Below, in pieces: positions 7,027 to 19,969 of a stretch of DNA of 24,000 nucleotides (positions are counted from its first letter, which is position 1; each line of letters starts with the position of its first letter). Source of the DNA: Candidatus Azosocius agrarius (GTDB lineage Bacteria > Pseudomonadota > Gammaproteobacteria > UBA6186 > Azoamicaceae); the NCBI GenBank assembly GCA_016432505.1, contig CP066692.1, forward strand, positions 308,632 through 332,631, in the 5' to 3' direction. The position numbers were made by a program, and so were the translations under genes. The notes under the pieces were generated by a model. That model had not been told where the DNA came from and searched no databases. It saw nothing but the letters and a program-made list of their open reading frames with translations.

Positions 7027-8913
7027 ATGTTTATGGAGAATATATATGATGTTATTGTTGTTGGAGGTGGGCATGCTGGGGTTGAAGCAGCACACGCTTC
7101 TGCTAAAATGGGAGCTAAAACTTTATTAATAACTTATAATTTTGATACTATAGGACAAATGTCTTGTAATCCATCAATAGGTGGAATTGGAAAGGGTCAT
7201 TTAGTTAAAGAAATAGATGCTCTTGGTGGTGTAATGGGTATTGCTGCTGATATTTCAGGAATACAATTTAAGAAGTTAAATTTAAGTAAAGGAGCCGCTG
7301 TTCAATCCACAAGAGTGCAAGTTGATCGTGATATATATAAGCGTTCTGTTATTAATTTTTTAAAAAAATTGAATAATTTATTTATAATTCAGGCATTGGT
7401 TGAAGATGTAATTTTAAAAGATAATGTTGTTATTGGTGTATTAACTGATGATTCATATATATTTAAAGCAAAAGCTGTTATTTTAGCAAATGGCACATTT
7501 TTAAATAGTAAAATGTATATTGGTAATAGAAGTTATTTTGGTGGAAGAATTGGAGATCATAATAGTACTAAATTAGCAAAAAGATTGGAAAATTTATTTT
7601 TTAAAATTGGTAGATTAAAAACAGGGACGCCTCCTAGATTGAAAAAATCTAGTATAAATTTTTCTTTATTAAAAAAACAAAATGGAGATATTCCTATTCC
7701 ATATTTTTCCTTTTGGAATTCAAAAAATTTATTTTTAGAGCAAATTTCTTGTTTTTTAACATATACAAATAATATAACTCATAGTATTATTCTTGATAAT
7801 ATTTCTCTATCATCAGTATATTCTGGATTTGTTTGTAATGTTGGGCCAAGATATTGTCCTTCAATAGAAGATAAAATAATTAGATTCCCTGATAAATTAC
7901 AGCATAATATTTTTTTGGAACCTGAAGGTTTAAATAATGATATAATTTATCCTAATGGATTATCAACAAGTTTACCATTAAATGTTCAATTAAAATTTTT
8001 GAAAACAATTAAGGGCCTAGAAAATGTTGAAATTATTCAACCAGGATATGTTGTTGAGTATGATTATTTAGATTCTAGATGTTTAAAACATACATTAGAA
8101 ACAAAAACAATAAAAAATTTATTTTTGGTTGGACAAATTAATGGTACAACCGGGTATGAAGAAGCTGCAGCACAAGGTATTGTTGCTGGAATAAATGCGT
8201 ATTGTTTAGCATATTATAAAGAACCATTTATTTTATCTCGCGAAGAAGCATATATAGGTGTATTAATTGATGATTTAATAACTAAAGGTGTTACGGAACC
8301 ATATAGGATGTTTACTAGTAGAGTAGAATATAGACTAAGTTTAAGAGAAGATAATGCAGATTTTAGATTAGCTCATAAAGGATACAATTTAGGTTTATTA
8401 TGTAAAGATCAATTTGATTTGTATGAAAAAAAACAGAATATTTTGTATGAAGAAGAACAAAAATGTAAAAATATTATTGTAAAACCTGGATCTTTAGAGG
8501 CTGTGAATTTATTAAGAAAAAAAAATATTAATATTATTAATGTTATTTCTGTTTATGATTTATTAATGAGACCTGCTATTTTTTATAAAGATTTGTATTT
8601 TATAATTAGTGGATTAAGTAAATTTATTGTAGATAATTTAGATATGTGTGCTAAATTGGAAAATAAAATTAAATATAGTGGTTATATTGATAAGCATATA
8701 TCTAATATAAAAAAAATAAAAAGTTACGATCAGGTATTAATTCCTCTTGATATTAATTATTTCAATATTTCCGGATTATCTTCTGAAATGATAGAAAAAT
8801 TTATTGATGAAAAACCTGTTAGTATTGGATATGCCAAAAAAATTCCTGGTGTAACACCTGTTGCTATATCATTATTATATGTATATATTAAAAAAGTTTA
8901 TAATTTGTTTTAA
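7027..8913 (+). CDS. mnmG: tRNA uridine 5-carboxymethylaminomethyl modification enzyme MnmG (GidA)
   Basis: An N-terminal FAD-binding fold ([30 protein letters not shown]) is present, followed by ...[23 protein letters not shown]... Length is 628 aa. An alternative ATG lies at 7033. Confidence 0.96.
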   Translation: MFMENIYDVIVVGGGHAGVEAAHASAKMGAKTLLITYNFDTIGQMSCNPSIGGIGKGHLVKEIDALGGVMGIAADISGIQFKKLNLSKGAAVQSTRVQVDRDIYKRSVINFLKKLNNLFIIQALVEDVILKDNVVIGVLTDDSYIFKAKAVILANGTFLNSKMYIGNRSYFGGRIGDHNSTKLAKRLENLFFKIGRLKTGTPPRLKKSSINFSLLKKQNGDIPIPYFSFWNSKNLFLEQISCFLTYTNNITHSIILDNISLSSVYSGFVCNVGPRYCPSIEDKIIRFPDKLQHNIFLEPEGLNNDIIYPNGLSTSLPLNVQLKFLKTIKGLENVEIIQPGYVVEYDYLDSRCLKHTLETKTIKNLFLVGQINGTTGYEEAAAQGIVAGINAYCLAYYKEPFILSREEAYIGVLIDDLITKGVTEPYRMFTSRVEYRLSLREDNADFRLAHKGYNLGLLCKDQFDLYEKKQNILYEEEQKCKNIIVKPGSLEAVNLLRKKNINIINVISVYDLLMRPAIFYKDLYFIISGLSKFIVDNLDMCAKLENKIKYSGYIDKHISNIKKIKSYDQVLIPLDINYFNISGLSSEMIEKFIDEKPVSIGYAKKIPGVTPVAISLLYVYIKKVYNLF

Positions 8914-9219
8914 ATGAATTTAATGGTGGTATTAATGTCTTTTATACATTTATTGTCTATTTTTTTAGGAGTTCTTTCTGGGATAATTCCTAATTGGTTT
9001 TATATGTTACTTTATAATAAATATGTAAAATCTTATAAACATTCAGCAAAAAAAATTTTATTATTTTTATATTTTTTTGAATTATTAAAAATTGCAATAT
9101 TTGTTACTTTATTTATTTTTATATTTAAATATGTTACAATCATTAAACTGTTATATTTTATTTCATTTTGTTTTATTCAAATTATATATTTTTTTTATAT
9201 AGGAAAAAAATGTATTTAA
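8914..9219 (+). CDS. atpI: Probable ATP synthase protein I (small hydrophobic membrane protein)
   Basis: A 101-aa multi-TM ORF lies immediately upstream of atpB. By eye, GVLSGIIPNWFYML...FFELLKIAIF resembles the E. coli AtpI segments GGLAVFLPNVLFMI...FGEAFKVLAM. The call rests on position plus weak similarity. Confidence 0.5.
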   Translation: MNLMVVLMSFIHLLSIFLGVLSGIIPNWFYMLLYNKYVKSYKHSAKKILLFLYFFELLKIAIFVTLFIFIFKYVTIIKLLYFISFCFIQIIYFFYIGKKCI

Positions 9220-9225
9220 AATTAA

Positions 9226-10029
<804 letters not shown>

Positions 10030-10063
10030 AAATTTAATTATTTTAATGTCATTTATTTTATAA

Positions 10064-10399
<336 letters not shown>

Positions 10400-10418
10400 T
10401 TTTTTTGAGGAGTTATAG

Positions 10419-10889
10419 GTGAATATTAATGCAACTTTATTGGGACAAATGATAACTTTTGCTGTTTTTGTTTGGTTTACCATGAAATTTGTGTGGCCAA
10501 TGATTAATGAAATTTTACTTGAAAGACAAAAAAAAATTGGTGAAGGTTTAGCTGCTGCTGAAAGTGGGCATAAGATTCTTTCTGAAGCAAAAAAAGAAAG
10601 TGTTGTTAAGATAAATTCAGCAAAAAGACAGGGAGAAGATATTATAGCTAATGCAAATCATTTAGCGTCTCAGATTATAGATGAAGCTAAAGAGCTTGCC
10701 TTAAAAGAAAAAGAAGCAATTATTGCTTCTGGGCATTTACAGATAAATCGTGAGTTACAACAAGCTAAAATTGATTTACAAAATGATTTGGCTGATTTAG
10801 TGATTCGTGGAGTAGAAAAAGTTTTATCTAGAGCTATAAATCCTAATGATCATCGTGAATTATTAAATAAACTTTCTCAAAAGTTGTGA
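10419..10889 (+). CDS. atpF: F0F1 ATP synthase subunit b
   Basis: The gene starts with GTG, preceded by a GAGGAG Shine-Dalgarno site. The N-terminus [29 protein letters not shown] is followed by a long charged helix, typical of subunit b. Confidence 0.92.
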   Translation: MNINATLLGQMITFAVFVWFTMKFVWPMINEILLERQKKIGEGLAAAESGHKILSEAKKESVVKINSAKRQGEDIIANANHLASQIIDEAKELALKEKEAIIASGHLQINRELQQAKIDLQNDLADLVIRGVEKVLSRAINPNDHRELLNKLSQKL

Positions 10890-10923
10890 TAATTTTATAT
10901 TGATACTGTAAAGGAGTTTATTT

Positions 10924-11460
10924 ATGTCAGAAAAAATGACAATAGGAAGACCATATGCTAAAGCTGTATTTTTATTAGCAAAAACTGTTAAAAATTATAC
11001 TTCTTGGGCAGAGTTATTATCTTTTTTGTGTAAATTTATAAGTGATAAGTCTGTTATTGAATTAGTTAAAAATCCTATGATGAGTGTTGAACATAAAAGT
11101 AATTTTATTATTAATTTTTTGGATAACGAATTAGATGCTATGCAAATTAATTTTATACGTTTATTATCAAAACATAAAAGGTTATTGTATATTAATGAAA
11201 TATCTGAATTATTTAATGCTTATCTTGAAGAAGAACAAGGAATATTAAGATTGGAAGTTATTTCAGCTTCTGGCATTGGTAAAGAAGGAAGGGATCGTTT
11301 AACATCGGTATTATCTAAAAAATTTGATAAAAGTGTATCAATTAAATTTAGGGTAGAAGCTGAATTATTTGGTGGAGCAATTATTAAAGTTAAAGATAGT
11401 GTTATTGATGGAACTTTAAAGGAATCACTTATAAATTTAAAAAATTTGTTAGCAACTTAA
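10924..11460 (+). CDS. atpH: F0F1 ATP synthase subunit delta
   Basis: The N-terminus MSEKMTIGRPYAKAVF... resembles E. coli MSEFITVARPYAKAAF. An AAGGAG Shine-Dalgarno site is present, length is 178 aa, and the gene occupies the expected operon position. Confidence 0.92.
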   Translation: MSEKMTIGRPYAKAVFLLAKTVKNYTSWAELLSFLCKFISDKSVIELVKNPMMSVEHKSNFIINFLDNELDAMQINFIRLLSKHKRLLYINEISELFNAYLEEEQGILRLEVISASGIGKEGRDRLTSVLSKKFDKSVSIKFRVEAELFGGAIIKVKDSVIDGTLKESLINLKNLLAT

Positions 11461-11484
11461 AATATTTAAGGTTAAAGGTTTATT

Positions 11485-13041
11485 ATGGCAACCAAAATTT
11501 CATTAAAGGCTTCGGAGATTAGTAGTCTTATTAAAGAGCGAATTGAGAGTTATGAGCAAGAAATTAGCGCTCGTAATGAGGGGAGAATTATAAGTTTATC
11601 AGATGGCGTGGTTTTAATTCATGGGCTTGCTAATGTTCAGTATGGTGAAAAATTAGCTTTTGAAGGGGGAGAATTTGGTATAGCATTAAATTTAGAGCGA
11701 GATTCTGTAGGAGCTGTAGTTTTAGGTGATGCTAGATTCTTAAAAGAAGGGCAAATTGTTCGTTGTACAGAACAAGTTTTAAGCGTTCCTGTAGGGCCTG
11801 GATTATTAGGAAGGGTTGTGGATTCTTTAGGCAGGCCTATAGATGGATTAGGATCTATAGGTACATTTGAAGTTTCTCCAATTGAGAAAGTTGCACCAGG
11901 AGTTATTTGGAGACAATCTGTAAGCGTTTCATTAGCTACAGGTATTAAAGCCATTGATTCTATGGTTCCTATTGGGCGTGGGCAGAGGGAATTAATAATT
12001 GGAGATAGACAAACTGGAAAAACTGCTATAGCCATAGACACAATAATAAATCAAAAAAATACTGGTGTAAAATGTATATATGTTGCTATTGGGCAAAAAG
12101 CTTCCTCTATTGCTACTGTTGTTAGAAGATTGGAGCAAAATGGTGCTTTGGCGCATACAATTGTTGTTGCAGCTCCTGCTAGTTATTCAGCAGCTCTTCA
12201 ATATATTGCTCCTTATAGTGGTTGCACAATGGGTGAGTATTTTCGTGATAGAGGAGAAGATGCTTTAATAATATACGATGATTTAACTAAACAAGCTTGG
12301 GCATATAGACAAATTTCATTATTATTGAGACGCCCTCCTGGAAGAGAAGCATACCCTGGAGATGTTTTTTATTTACATTCAAGATTGTTAGAAAGAGCTT
12401 CAAGAGTTAATTCGGAATATGTTAAAAATTATACTTCAGGAAAAATTTTATCAATGACTGGTTCTTTAACTGCTTTACCTATTATTGAGACTCAGGCTGG
12501 CGATGTATCTGCTTTTGTTCCTACTAATGTAATATCAATAACTGATGGGCAAATTTTTTTAGAAACAAATTTGTTTAATTCTGGAATAAGACCAGCAATA
12601 AATGCTGGATTATCCGTATCTCGCGTTGGTGGAGCCGCACAAACAAAAATTGTAAAACGATTAGGTGGTGGTATAAGACTTGCTTTAGCTCAATATAGGG
12701 AACTTGCTGCCTTTGCGCAATTTGCGTCTGATTTGGATGAATTTACTAGAAAACAATTAGAAAGAGGGCAAAGAGTTACAGAAATTATGAAACAAAAGCA
12801 ATTTTTTCCTCTTACTGTTGCCGAAATTAGTATGTCTTTATTTGTTGTTGACAAAGGGTATGTTGACGACGTTGATATAAAAAGAGTTGTAAGTTTTATG
12901 GAAAATCTTATTCTTTTTATACGTAATAAATATTCAGATTTTTTAAATGAGTTGAATATAAGTTGTGATTATAATGATGCTATCGCTAAAAAGATGTCTG
13001 ATATTATTATTGAGTATAAAAGTACTCATAGTGTGGAATAA
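11485..13041 (+). CDS. atpA: F0F1 ATP synthase subunit alpha
   Basis: The P-loop [18 protein letters not shown] is present, followed by ...[45 protein letters not shown]... The sequence is highly conserved throughout. Confidence 0.98.
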   Translation: MATKISLKASEISSLIKERIESYEQEISARNEGRIISLSDGVVLIHGLANVQYGEKLAFEGGEFGIALNLERDSVGAVVLGDARFLKEGQIVRCTEQVLSVPVGPGLLGRVVDSLGRPIDGLGSIGTFEVSPIEKVAPGVIWRQSVSVSLATGIKAIDSMVPIGRGQRELIIGDRQTGKTAIAIDTIINQKNTGVKCIYVAIGQKASSIATVVRRLEQNGALAHTIVVAAPASYSAALQYIAPYSGCTMGEYFRDRGEDALIIYDDLTKQAWAYRQISLLLRRPPGREAYPGDVFYLHSRLLERASRVNSEYVKNYTSGKILSMTGSLTALPIIETQAGDVSAFVPTNVISITDGQIFLETNLFNSGIRPAINAGLSVSRVGGAAQTKIVKRLGGGIRLALAQYRELAAFAQFASDLDEFTRKQLERGQRVTEIMKQKQFFPLTVAEISMSLFVVDKGYVDDVDIKRVVSFMENLILFIRNKYSDFLNELNISCDYNDAIAKKMSDIIIEYKSTHSVE

Positions 13042-13085
13042 ATTTATGCAAATATTTTTAATTGATTTTTTGGGAGTGATTTTTT

Positions 13086-13943
13086 ATGCCGAGTACTAAA
13101 GAAATTGTAACAAAAATTAAAAGCATTCAGAGCACTCAAAAAATTACTCGTGCTATGGAAATGGTTGCTGCAAGTAAAATGAAAAAAGCACAAGAAAAAA
13201 TGCGTTCATCTAGACCTTATTTTGAAAGAATTAAGGAAGTAATTGGACATATTTCTCAAGGAAAATTGGAATATAGACATATTTATACTATTGAAAGAGA
13301 TATCAAAGCTGTTGGATATTTAATTGTGTCAACCGATAGAGGATTATGTGGCGGATTAAATGTTAATTTATTTAAATCTGTTTTGGCTTCAATGTCTAAT
13401 TATTCAAAAAAAAATATTGATATAAAAGTTTCTGTTATTGGAAAAAAGGGAGTTAGTTTTTTTTCTAAGATATGTGGAAATATTGTATCTGCTAAAATAA
13501 GTTCCGGGGATAAAATTAATTCTCAAACTTTTATAGGTGTAGTTAAAGTTATGCTTGATTTATATGAAAATTTATCAATTGATAAATTATATTTAGCATA
13601 TAATGAATTTTTTAATACTATGACGCAGATACCTAAATTATATCAATTAGTTCCTACTTTAAAAATTACTGATGATCAAAAATTTCATTGGAATTATATA
13701 TATGAACCGGATGCAGAGCCGTTAATTGATGAATTATTTAATAGGTATATTGAATCATTAGTATATCAAGGGGTTGTAGAAAATGCGGCTTGTGAACAAG
13801 CCGCTAGAATGGTAGCAATGAAAAGTGCTTCAGATAATGCTGGAGAAATTGTTTCAAAATGTAAATTGGTTTATAACAAAGTTAGACAGGCATCAATAAC
13901 GCAAGAATTATCTGAAATAGTAGTTGGGGCTGGAGCTGTTTAG
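13086..13943 (+). CDS. atpG: F0F1 ATP synthase subunit gamma
   Basis: The N-terminus is MPSTKEIVTKIKSIQSTQKITRAMEMVAASKMKKAQ and the C-terminus is ...RQASITQELSEIVVGAGAV. Confidence 0.96.
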   Translation: MPSTKEIVTKIKSIQSTQKITRAMEMVAASKMKKAQEKMRSSRPYFERIKEVIGHISQGKLEYRHIYTIERDIKAVGYLIVSTDRGLCGGLNVNLFKSVLASMSNYSKKNIDIKVSVIGKKGVSFFSKICGNIVSAKISSGDKINSQTFIGVVKVMLDLYENLSIDKLYLAYNEFFNTMTQIPKLYQLVPTLKITDDQKFHWNYIYEPDAEPLIDELFNRYIESLVYQGVVENAACEQAARMVAMKSASDNAGEIVSKCKLVYNKVRQASITQELSEIVVGAGAV

Positions 13944-13987
13944 TAATTATATAGTTATATTTTATAAATTGATATTAGTATTTTTAA

Positions 13988-15382
<1,395 letters not shown>

Positions 15383-15394
15383 GGATATATTATT

Positions 15395-15811
15395 GTGATA
15401 AAATGCTTTCAATTAAATATTGTAACTGCTGAAAAAAATATATTTTCTGGGTTAGCTCAAAAACTTTTTGTTCCTGGACATTTAGGAGAGTTAGAAATTT
15501 TATTTAATCATGCTCCTTTGTTAACTTCTTTATTGCCTGGTCCAGTTTTATTTATTAATGATTTTGGTGTTAAAGATGGAATTGTTATTTATGGTGGAAT
15601 GCTTGAAGTTCAACCAAAAATAACAACTATTTTAGCTAATTCAGCTTTAAGATCTATACATTTAGATGAAGAGGCTGCTCTTGAAGCAAAAAAAAATTGT
15701 GAAGCAGATATTATAAAAAGTATTAATAAAATAGATTATAATAAGGCTCGTATGGAATTAGAAATTGCCATAGCACAACTTCGTTTGATTCGACAATTGC
15801 GTCAGAAATAA
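15395..15811 (+). CDS. atpC: F0F1 ATP synthase subunit epsilon
   Basis: The gene starts with GTG, preceded by AAGGA. The segments ...IVTAEKNIFSGLAQKLFVPGHLGELEILFNHAPLLT...GGMLEVQP...AIAQLRLI... are collinear with E. coli AtpC. Confidence 0.92.
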   Translation: MIKCFQLNIVTAEKNIFSGLAQKLFVPGHLGELEILFNHAPLLTSLLPGPVLFINDFGVKDGIVIYGGMLEVQPKITTILANSALRSIHLDEEAALEAKKNCEADIIKSINKIDYNKARMELEIAIAQLRLIRQLRQK

Positions 15812-15817
15812 TTATAT

Positions 15818-15848
15818 ACAGGTGGATTAATCCACCTGTGTTTTTTTT
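15818..15848 (+). terminator. Rho-independent terminator of the atp operon
   Basis: A perfect hairpin ACAGGTGGA-ttaa-TCCACCTGT spans 15818-15839. It is followed by G and then a T8 run (15841-15848), and it begins 7 nt after the atpC stop. It is the only GC-rich stem plus U-tract I found in the plus-strand block. Confidence 0.85.
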
Positions 15849-17854
15849 ATTGAAAATATAAAAAAAAATTTATTTATATATGTACAAATTTTTAACCTGT
15901 TTTTTTTTATTTTTTCATTATTTGTAAAAATTAATATATTATTTAAATAATGTTTTGTTGGTAATATAATATATTTTATTATATATTTTATATTTATATT
16001 TTTATAATATTTTTTTAAAATAAATAATTTTGTAATATTTATTGATAATATATATTCATATTTTGTTTTTAATAAATTTTTTTTAGTTTTATTTTTATAT
16101 TTTATTTTGTTATTAATAATAAGTTTATTAATTCTATTATGTATTTTTATATAATGTAAAAACTTTTTAAACATTAAAAATACGTTTATTTCTTTTATAT
16201 ATCTATTAGAATTGTAAATTAATAAATTTTTATAATTATGTAAGGTATACTCTTTTGTGTTATAATTATCTTCATAAAAATATTTCCATCTTTTTATGAA
16301 TAATAAGAATAAATTCTTTTTGGCTGTTTTTTGTAAAAATTGTTTATAACATTTTTCATTTAATGTTATAATATTAGAAAGAATGATTTTTATATTATTT
16401 GTTGTTAATATGTTGATTATTCCTATTATAAGTCGTTTTAGTGAATATGGATCCTTGCTTCCGGATGGGAGTATGTTTATATTAAAAAAACCTATTATTG
16501 TATCTATTTTGTCTGATATTGAAATAATTGATCCTGTTATTGAAGATGGAATTTTATCTTTATAAAATTTTGGTATAGTTTGTTCTTTTAAAGCTATTGA
16601 TATATTTTTGTTTAATTTTGTTTTTTTTGATAAATTATATCCTATGATTCCATGTAATTCAGGAAAATTTTTAACTATTTTTGTAGTTAAATCACTTTTT
16701 GTTAATAAGCTTATTGTTTTTATTATATTATAGTTATATCTTATATTATAAGATATATGAGTTGCAATAATTTTAATTCTTAGTGTTTTGTTATAAAGTG
16801 ATCCTAATTTTTTATGAAAAATTATATTTTTTAAAATATCTAAATTTTTAATTAAATAAATATTTAATATTTCATTTAATAAAAATATAATATCTTTTAA
16901 TCTTGCTGTTATTACTTTTTGATAATTTTTTATTATATTTTCTTGGCGTTTATATGTATTTGAAATTATAATAAATTTATTGATAATAGTTTTATTATTA
17001 TTTTTTATTAAAAAGCATTTTTGTTGTTTTTCGATTACATTTATTATTAGCTCTTCTGGAATTTGTAATAATTTTTTTGAATAATTTCCTACTAAAATGG
17101 TTGGATATTCGGTTATATTTATATTATCATTTATTAAATTGTTATTATTTTCTATAAATATTTTTGTGTTTTTTCTTATATTATTTATAAAATTTTCTAT
17201 CATTAATATTCGTTTTTTTGGACATGGTATTATTTTTCCACATTTTTCTAATATTTTTTCATAGAGATATGGTATAATATTTATGCCTTTATTGTGTAAT
17301 AAACTATGCCCATAACTTATATTGTTAGTTTTTATATTATAAATTTCTAAAAATATTTTTTTGTTGTTAAAATTAGCAATTATCCATTTTACTGGTCTAA
17401 CAAAAGGTTTTTCTATATTTGACCATCTCATTTTTTTATATATGTGAATTTCATATATGGAATCTTTTATTATTGTTGATAATAAATTTAATGTTTTTTT
17501 TTTAGTAATGATTTTTTCATATATGTAATATTCTTCGTTTTTATATATTTTAGTTTTTAAATCATTTATTTTTAAGTTATGAATTTTTATAAATTTGGTA
17601 ATTATATCTTTTGGAGAATTTTTTTTTGGCCCTTTTATTATATTGTTAATTTCTTTAGTGTTAGTTGGAATATCATATAGTATGATTGCTATCCTTCTAG
17701 GAGTGTAAAATTGTTTTATTTTATTAAAATTTATATTATGTTTTTTTATATTTTTGGAAATGTTTTGAATAAATGATTTTGATAAATTTAAAATTTGATT
17801 TGGTGGTAATTCTTCGGTTCCTATTTCTATTAGTAAATTATTTTTTTTGTTCAT
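15827..17854 (-). CDS. glyS: Glycine--tRNA ligase beta subunit
   Basis: The N-terminus ...LLIEIGTEELPP... and the conserved patch ...GSKDPYSLKR... are present. Length is 675 aa (E. coli ~689). The start lies 1 nt after the glyQ stop. The C-terminal third is low-complexity K/N/I/Y. Confidence 0.92.
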   Translation of the reverse strand: MNKKNNLLIEIGTEELPPNQILNLSKSFIQNISKNIKKHNINFNKIKQFYTPRRIAIILYDIPTNTKEINNIIKGPKKNSPKDIITKFIKIHNLKINDLKTKIYKNEEYYIYEKIITKKKTLNLLSTIIKDSIYEIHIYKKMRWSNIEKPFVRPVKWIIANFNNKKIFLEIYNIKTNNISYGHSLLHNKGINIIPYLYEKILEKCGKIIPCPKKRILMIENFINNIRKNTKIFIENNNNLINDNINITEYPTILVGNYSKKLLQIPEELIINVIEKQQKCFLIKNNNKTIINKFIIISNTYKRQENIIKNYQKVITARLKDIIFLLNEILNIYLIKNLDILKNIIFHKKLGSLYNKTLRIKIIATHISYNIRYNYNIIKTISLLTKSDLTTKIVKNFPELHGIIGYNLSKKTKLNKNISIALKEQTIPKFYKDKIPSSITGSIISISDKIDTIIGFFNINILPSGSKDPYSLKRLIIGIINILTTNNIKIILSNIITLNEKCYKQFLQKTAKKNLFLLFIKRWKYFYEDNYNTKEYTLHNYKNLLIYNSNRYIKEINVFLMFKKFLHYIKIHNRINKLIINNKIKYKNKTKKNLLKTKYEYILSINITKLFILKKYYKNINIKYIIKYIILPTKHYLNNILIFTNNEKIKKNRLKICTYINKFFFIFSIKKTQVD

Positions 17855-17855
17855 T

Positions 17856-18749
17856 TTATTTTTCTTTAAAGTTTGTTAATAAGGGAAAGTTTATTTTATT
17901 TCTTATATTATAATATAAATTTGCTACTATTGAAGATAGACTTCTAATTCTGTATATGAAATGTTGTCTTTCAATTGTTGATAATGCGGAGCGTGAATCT
18001 AATAAATTGAAAATATGTGATAGTTTTATTATAATTTCATAAGAAGGATATGGTAGTTTATTTTTTATAGCATTTGTACATTCCTTTTCTAAATAATTAA
18101 ATTTATTTACCAATAATTTTTGGTTAGCTATTTCTAAATTATATTTAGACATTTCTTGTTCTCTTTGAATAAAGATATCTTCATATTTTAAATTATTTGA
18201 CCAGTATAATTTATTTATTGATTGTTGTTTTTGTACGTACATTGCTATTCTTTCAAGTCCATATGTTATTTCTCCCATTACTGGGTTGCATTCTAATCCA
18301 CCCATTTGTTGAAAATATGTAAATTGGGTGACTTCCATACCATTTAACCATACCTCCCATCCGATACCCCATGCTCCTATAGATGGGCTTTCCCAGTTAT
18401 CTTCAATAAATCTAATATCATTTTCATTTGAAAAAATATGTAATTTTTTTAATGATTTTATATATAAATCTTGAATATCTTTAGGGTTTGGTTTTAGTAT
18501 TACTTGATATTGATAATAATGTTGATTTCTATTTGGATGAGATCCATATCGACTATCAATTGGTCTTCTAGAAGGTTGCACAAATGCAGCTTTCCATGGC
18601 TCAGGCCCGATTGCTCTAAAAAATGTATCTGGATGAAATGAACCAGCCCCAACTTCTAAATCTATAGGTTGTAAAATTATACATCCTTGATTTTGCCAAA
18701 ACTTGTGTAATTCACTTATTATATTTTGTACTGTTAAAAATGGTTTCAT
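17856..18749 (-). CDS. glyQ: Glycine--tRNA ligase alpha subunit
   Basis: The sequence ...FWQNQGCIILQPIDLEVGAGSFHPDTFFRAIGPEPWKAAFVQPSRRPIDSRYG...GWEVWLNGMEVTQFTYFQQMGG... is very well conserved GlyQ. Confidence 0.97.
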   Translation of the reverse strand: MKPFLTVQNIISELHKFWQNQGCIILQPIDLEVGAGSFHPDTFFRAIGPEPWKAAFVQPSRRPIDSRYGSHPNRNQHYYQYQVILKPNPKDIQDLYIKSLKKLHIFSNENDIRFIEDNWESPSIGAWGIGWEVWLNGMEVTQFTYFQQMGGLECNPVMGEITYGLERIAMYVQKQQSINKLYWSNNLKYEDIFIQREQEMSKYNLEIANQKLLVNKFNYLEKECTNAIKNKLPYPSYEIIIKLSHIFNLLDSRSALSTIERQHFIYRIRSLSSIVANLYYNIRNKINFPLLTNFKEK

Positions 18750-18783
18750 AGTAATGTGTTTTAATATATTAAAATATAAAATT

Positions 18784-18830
18784 TATATGATTTATATGAA
18801 AATAATTATGACCTATATGAAAATAATTAT
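18784..18830. repeat. Tandem direct repeat (21-nt period, about 2.2 copies) in the fmt-glyQ spacer
   Basis: TATATGAAAATAATTAT occurs identically at 18793-18809 and 18814-18830. The preceding ATGA also matches (18787-18790 and 18808-18811). A third partial copy, TATATGA, lies at 18784-18790. Confidence 0.7.
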
Positions 18831-18877
18831 TTAATCATAATTAATGATATTATAAATAATTATAATGTAAATATTAA

Positions 18878-19813
18878 TTATGTATTAATAAAAAAAAAAC
18901 CTAAAATTAATTTATTTGTATCATTTAAAATTTTTGTATTAATTGTTTTTTTTCCTTCTATTTTATATTTTTTTATTATTATAATATTTTTGTTAGTTGA
19001 TATATATATTCCATTTTTATGTTTTTTTATTATTTGTCCATATTTGTATAATATGGAATTTATAAAAATTGTTGCCTCAATTATTTGAATATAATTTTTT
19101 TTTAAATATGTAAAAATAAATGGCCAATTATAATATGCTTGTAACTGTTTAGTTATTTTTATTGCAGAGTTTTTCCAATTTATTATTCCATCGAATTTTT
19201 TTATTTTATGTGCATATGAAACTAAATTTGTATTTTGTATAAATTTTGTAAAATTTTTATTTAATAAATTATTTATATTTTTAAGTATCATTTTTGATGC
19301 TATATATGCTAATTTTATATTTAATTGAAAATTTGTATTGCAATATTTAATAGGACATATTTTTTTGTATATTAATGTTCCTTCATCTATATTTTTATTC
19401 ATTATTATTATAGTTATCCCAGTGTATTTATTATTATTTAATATTGCTTGTTGAATAGGAGATGCTCCACGCCATTTAGGCAACAGAGAAGCATGTATGT
19501 TTATACATCCTATTAATGGAATTTCTAATATTTTTGATGGAAAAATATTTCCGTAAGAAGCTACTATAATTAATGATGGAGTTAAGTTTTTTATTAAATT
19601 TACTATATTATTGTCTGATAAATTTTCTATTTGATGTGTATTGATTTTATACATTGTTGCAAGTTTTATTATTGAGTATTTTGAATCAATATTATCAATA
19701 GTGTTGTTTTTTTTTGGGTATATTACCGCTGTTATTTTTATATTATTTTTTAATAGATTTTTTAATATTATATATGAAAATATTGAAAATCCTGCAAATA
19801 TTATGTTGTTCAT
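18878..19813 (-). CDS. fmt: Methionyl-tRNA formyltransferase
   Basis: The sequence ...INIHASLLPKWRGASPIQQAILNNNKYTGITIIIMNKNIDEGTLI... matches the Fmt catalytic signature (N.H.SLLP.WRGA.PI..A). Length is 311 aa. Confidence 0.92.
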   Translation of the reverse strand: MNNIIFAGFSIFSYIILKNLLKNNIKITAVIYPKKNNTIDNIDSKYSIIKLATMYKINTHQIENLSDNNIVNLIKNLTPSLIIVASYGNIFPSKILEIPLIGCINIHASLLPKWRGASPIQQAILNNNKYTGITIIIMNKNIDEGTLIYKKICPIKYCNTNFQLNIKLAYIASKMILKNINNLLNKNFTKFIQNTNLVSYAHKIKKFDGIINWKNSAIKITKQLQAYYNWPFIFTYLKKNYIQIIEATIFINSILYKYGQIIKKHKNGIYISTNKNIIIIKKYKIEGKKTINTKILNDTNKLILGFFFINT

Positions 19814-19969
19814 TATAATTAATAATCAAAAATTGTATATTAAAGCTTTATTTTTTTAAAAATTATTTTGTTTTATATTTTTATGATGTATTATTTTATC
19901 ATATAACTTATGTTTAAATGTTATATTATATAAAAAATTTTTTTATTAAATTTTATTAATAGGTTATAA

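Noticed and set aside
11637-12268. 134-aa antisense ORF (11637-12041) and 62-aa alternate-frame ORF (12080-12268) inside atpA.
   Set aside because: Both are embedded in the highly conserved atpA. Long shadow frames of this kind are expected in the locally GC-richer region. Their products (P/S/T/L-rich, poly-Leu) look non-biological.
15821-15836. DnaA-box-like sequences (GGTGGATTA / TAATCCACC) in inverted orientation.
   Set aside because: Each has 2 mismatches to TTATCCACA. The pair is fully explained as the stem of the atp terminator hairpin followed by a T8 run.
16383-16565. 60-aa plus-strand ORF inside glyS.
   Set aside because: It is antisense to glyS and sits over that gene's single GC-richer conserved patch, so it is a shadow ORF.
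18787-18834. 15-codon plus-strand mini-ORF MIYMKIIMTYMKIII in the fmt-glyQ spacer, as a possible leader peptide.
   Set aside because: It is on the opposite strand to both flanking genes, so it cannot be a glyQ leader. Its internal repetition is just the 21-nt tandem repeat read in frame. It has no Shine-Dalgarno site.
19641-19859. 72-aa plus-strand ORF overlapping the fmt start.
   Set aside because: It is antisense to the fmt N-terminus and runs into the spacer. The product is low-complexity F/I, so it is a shadow ORF.
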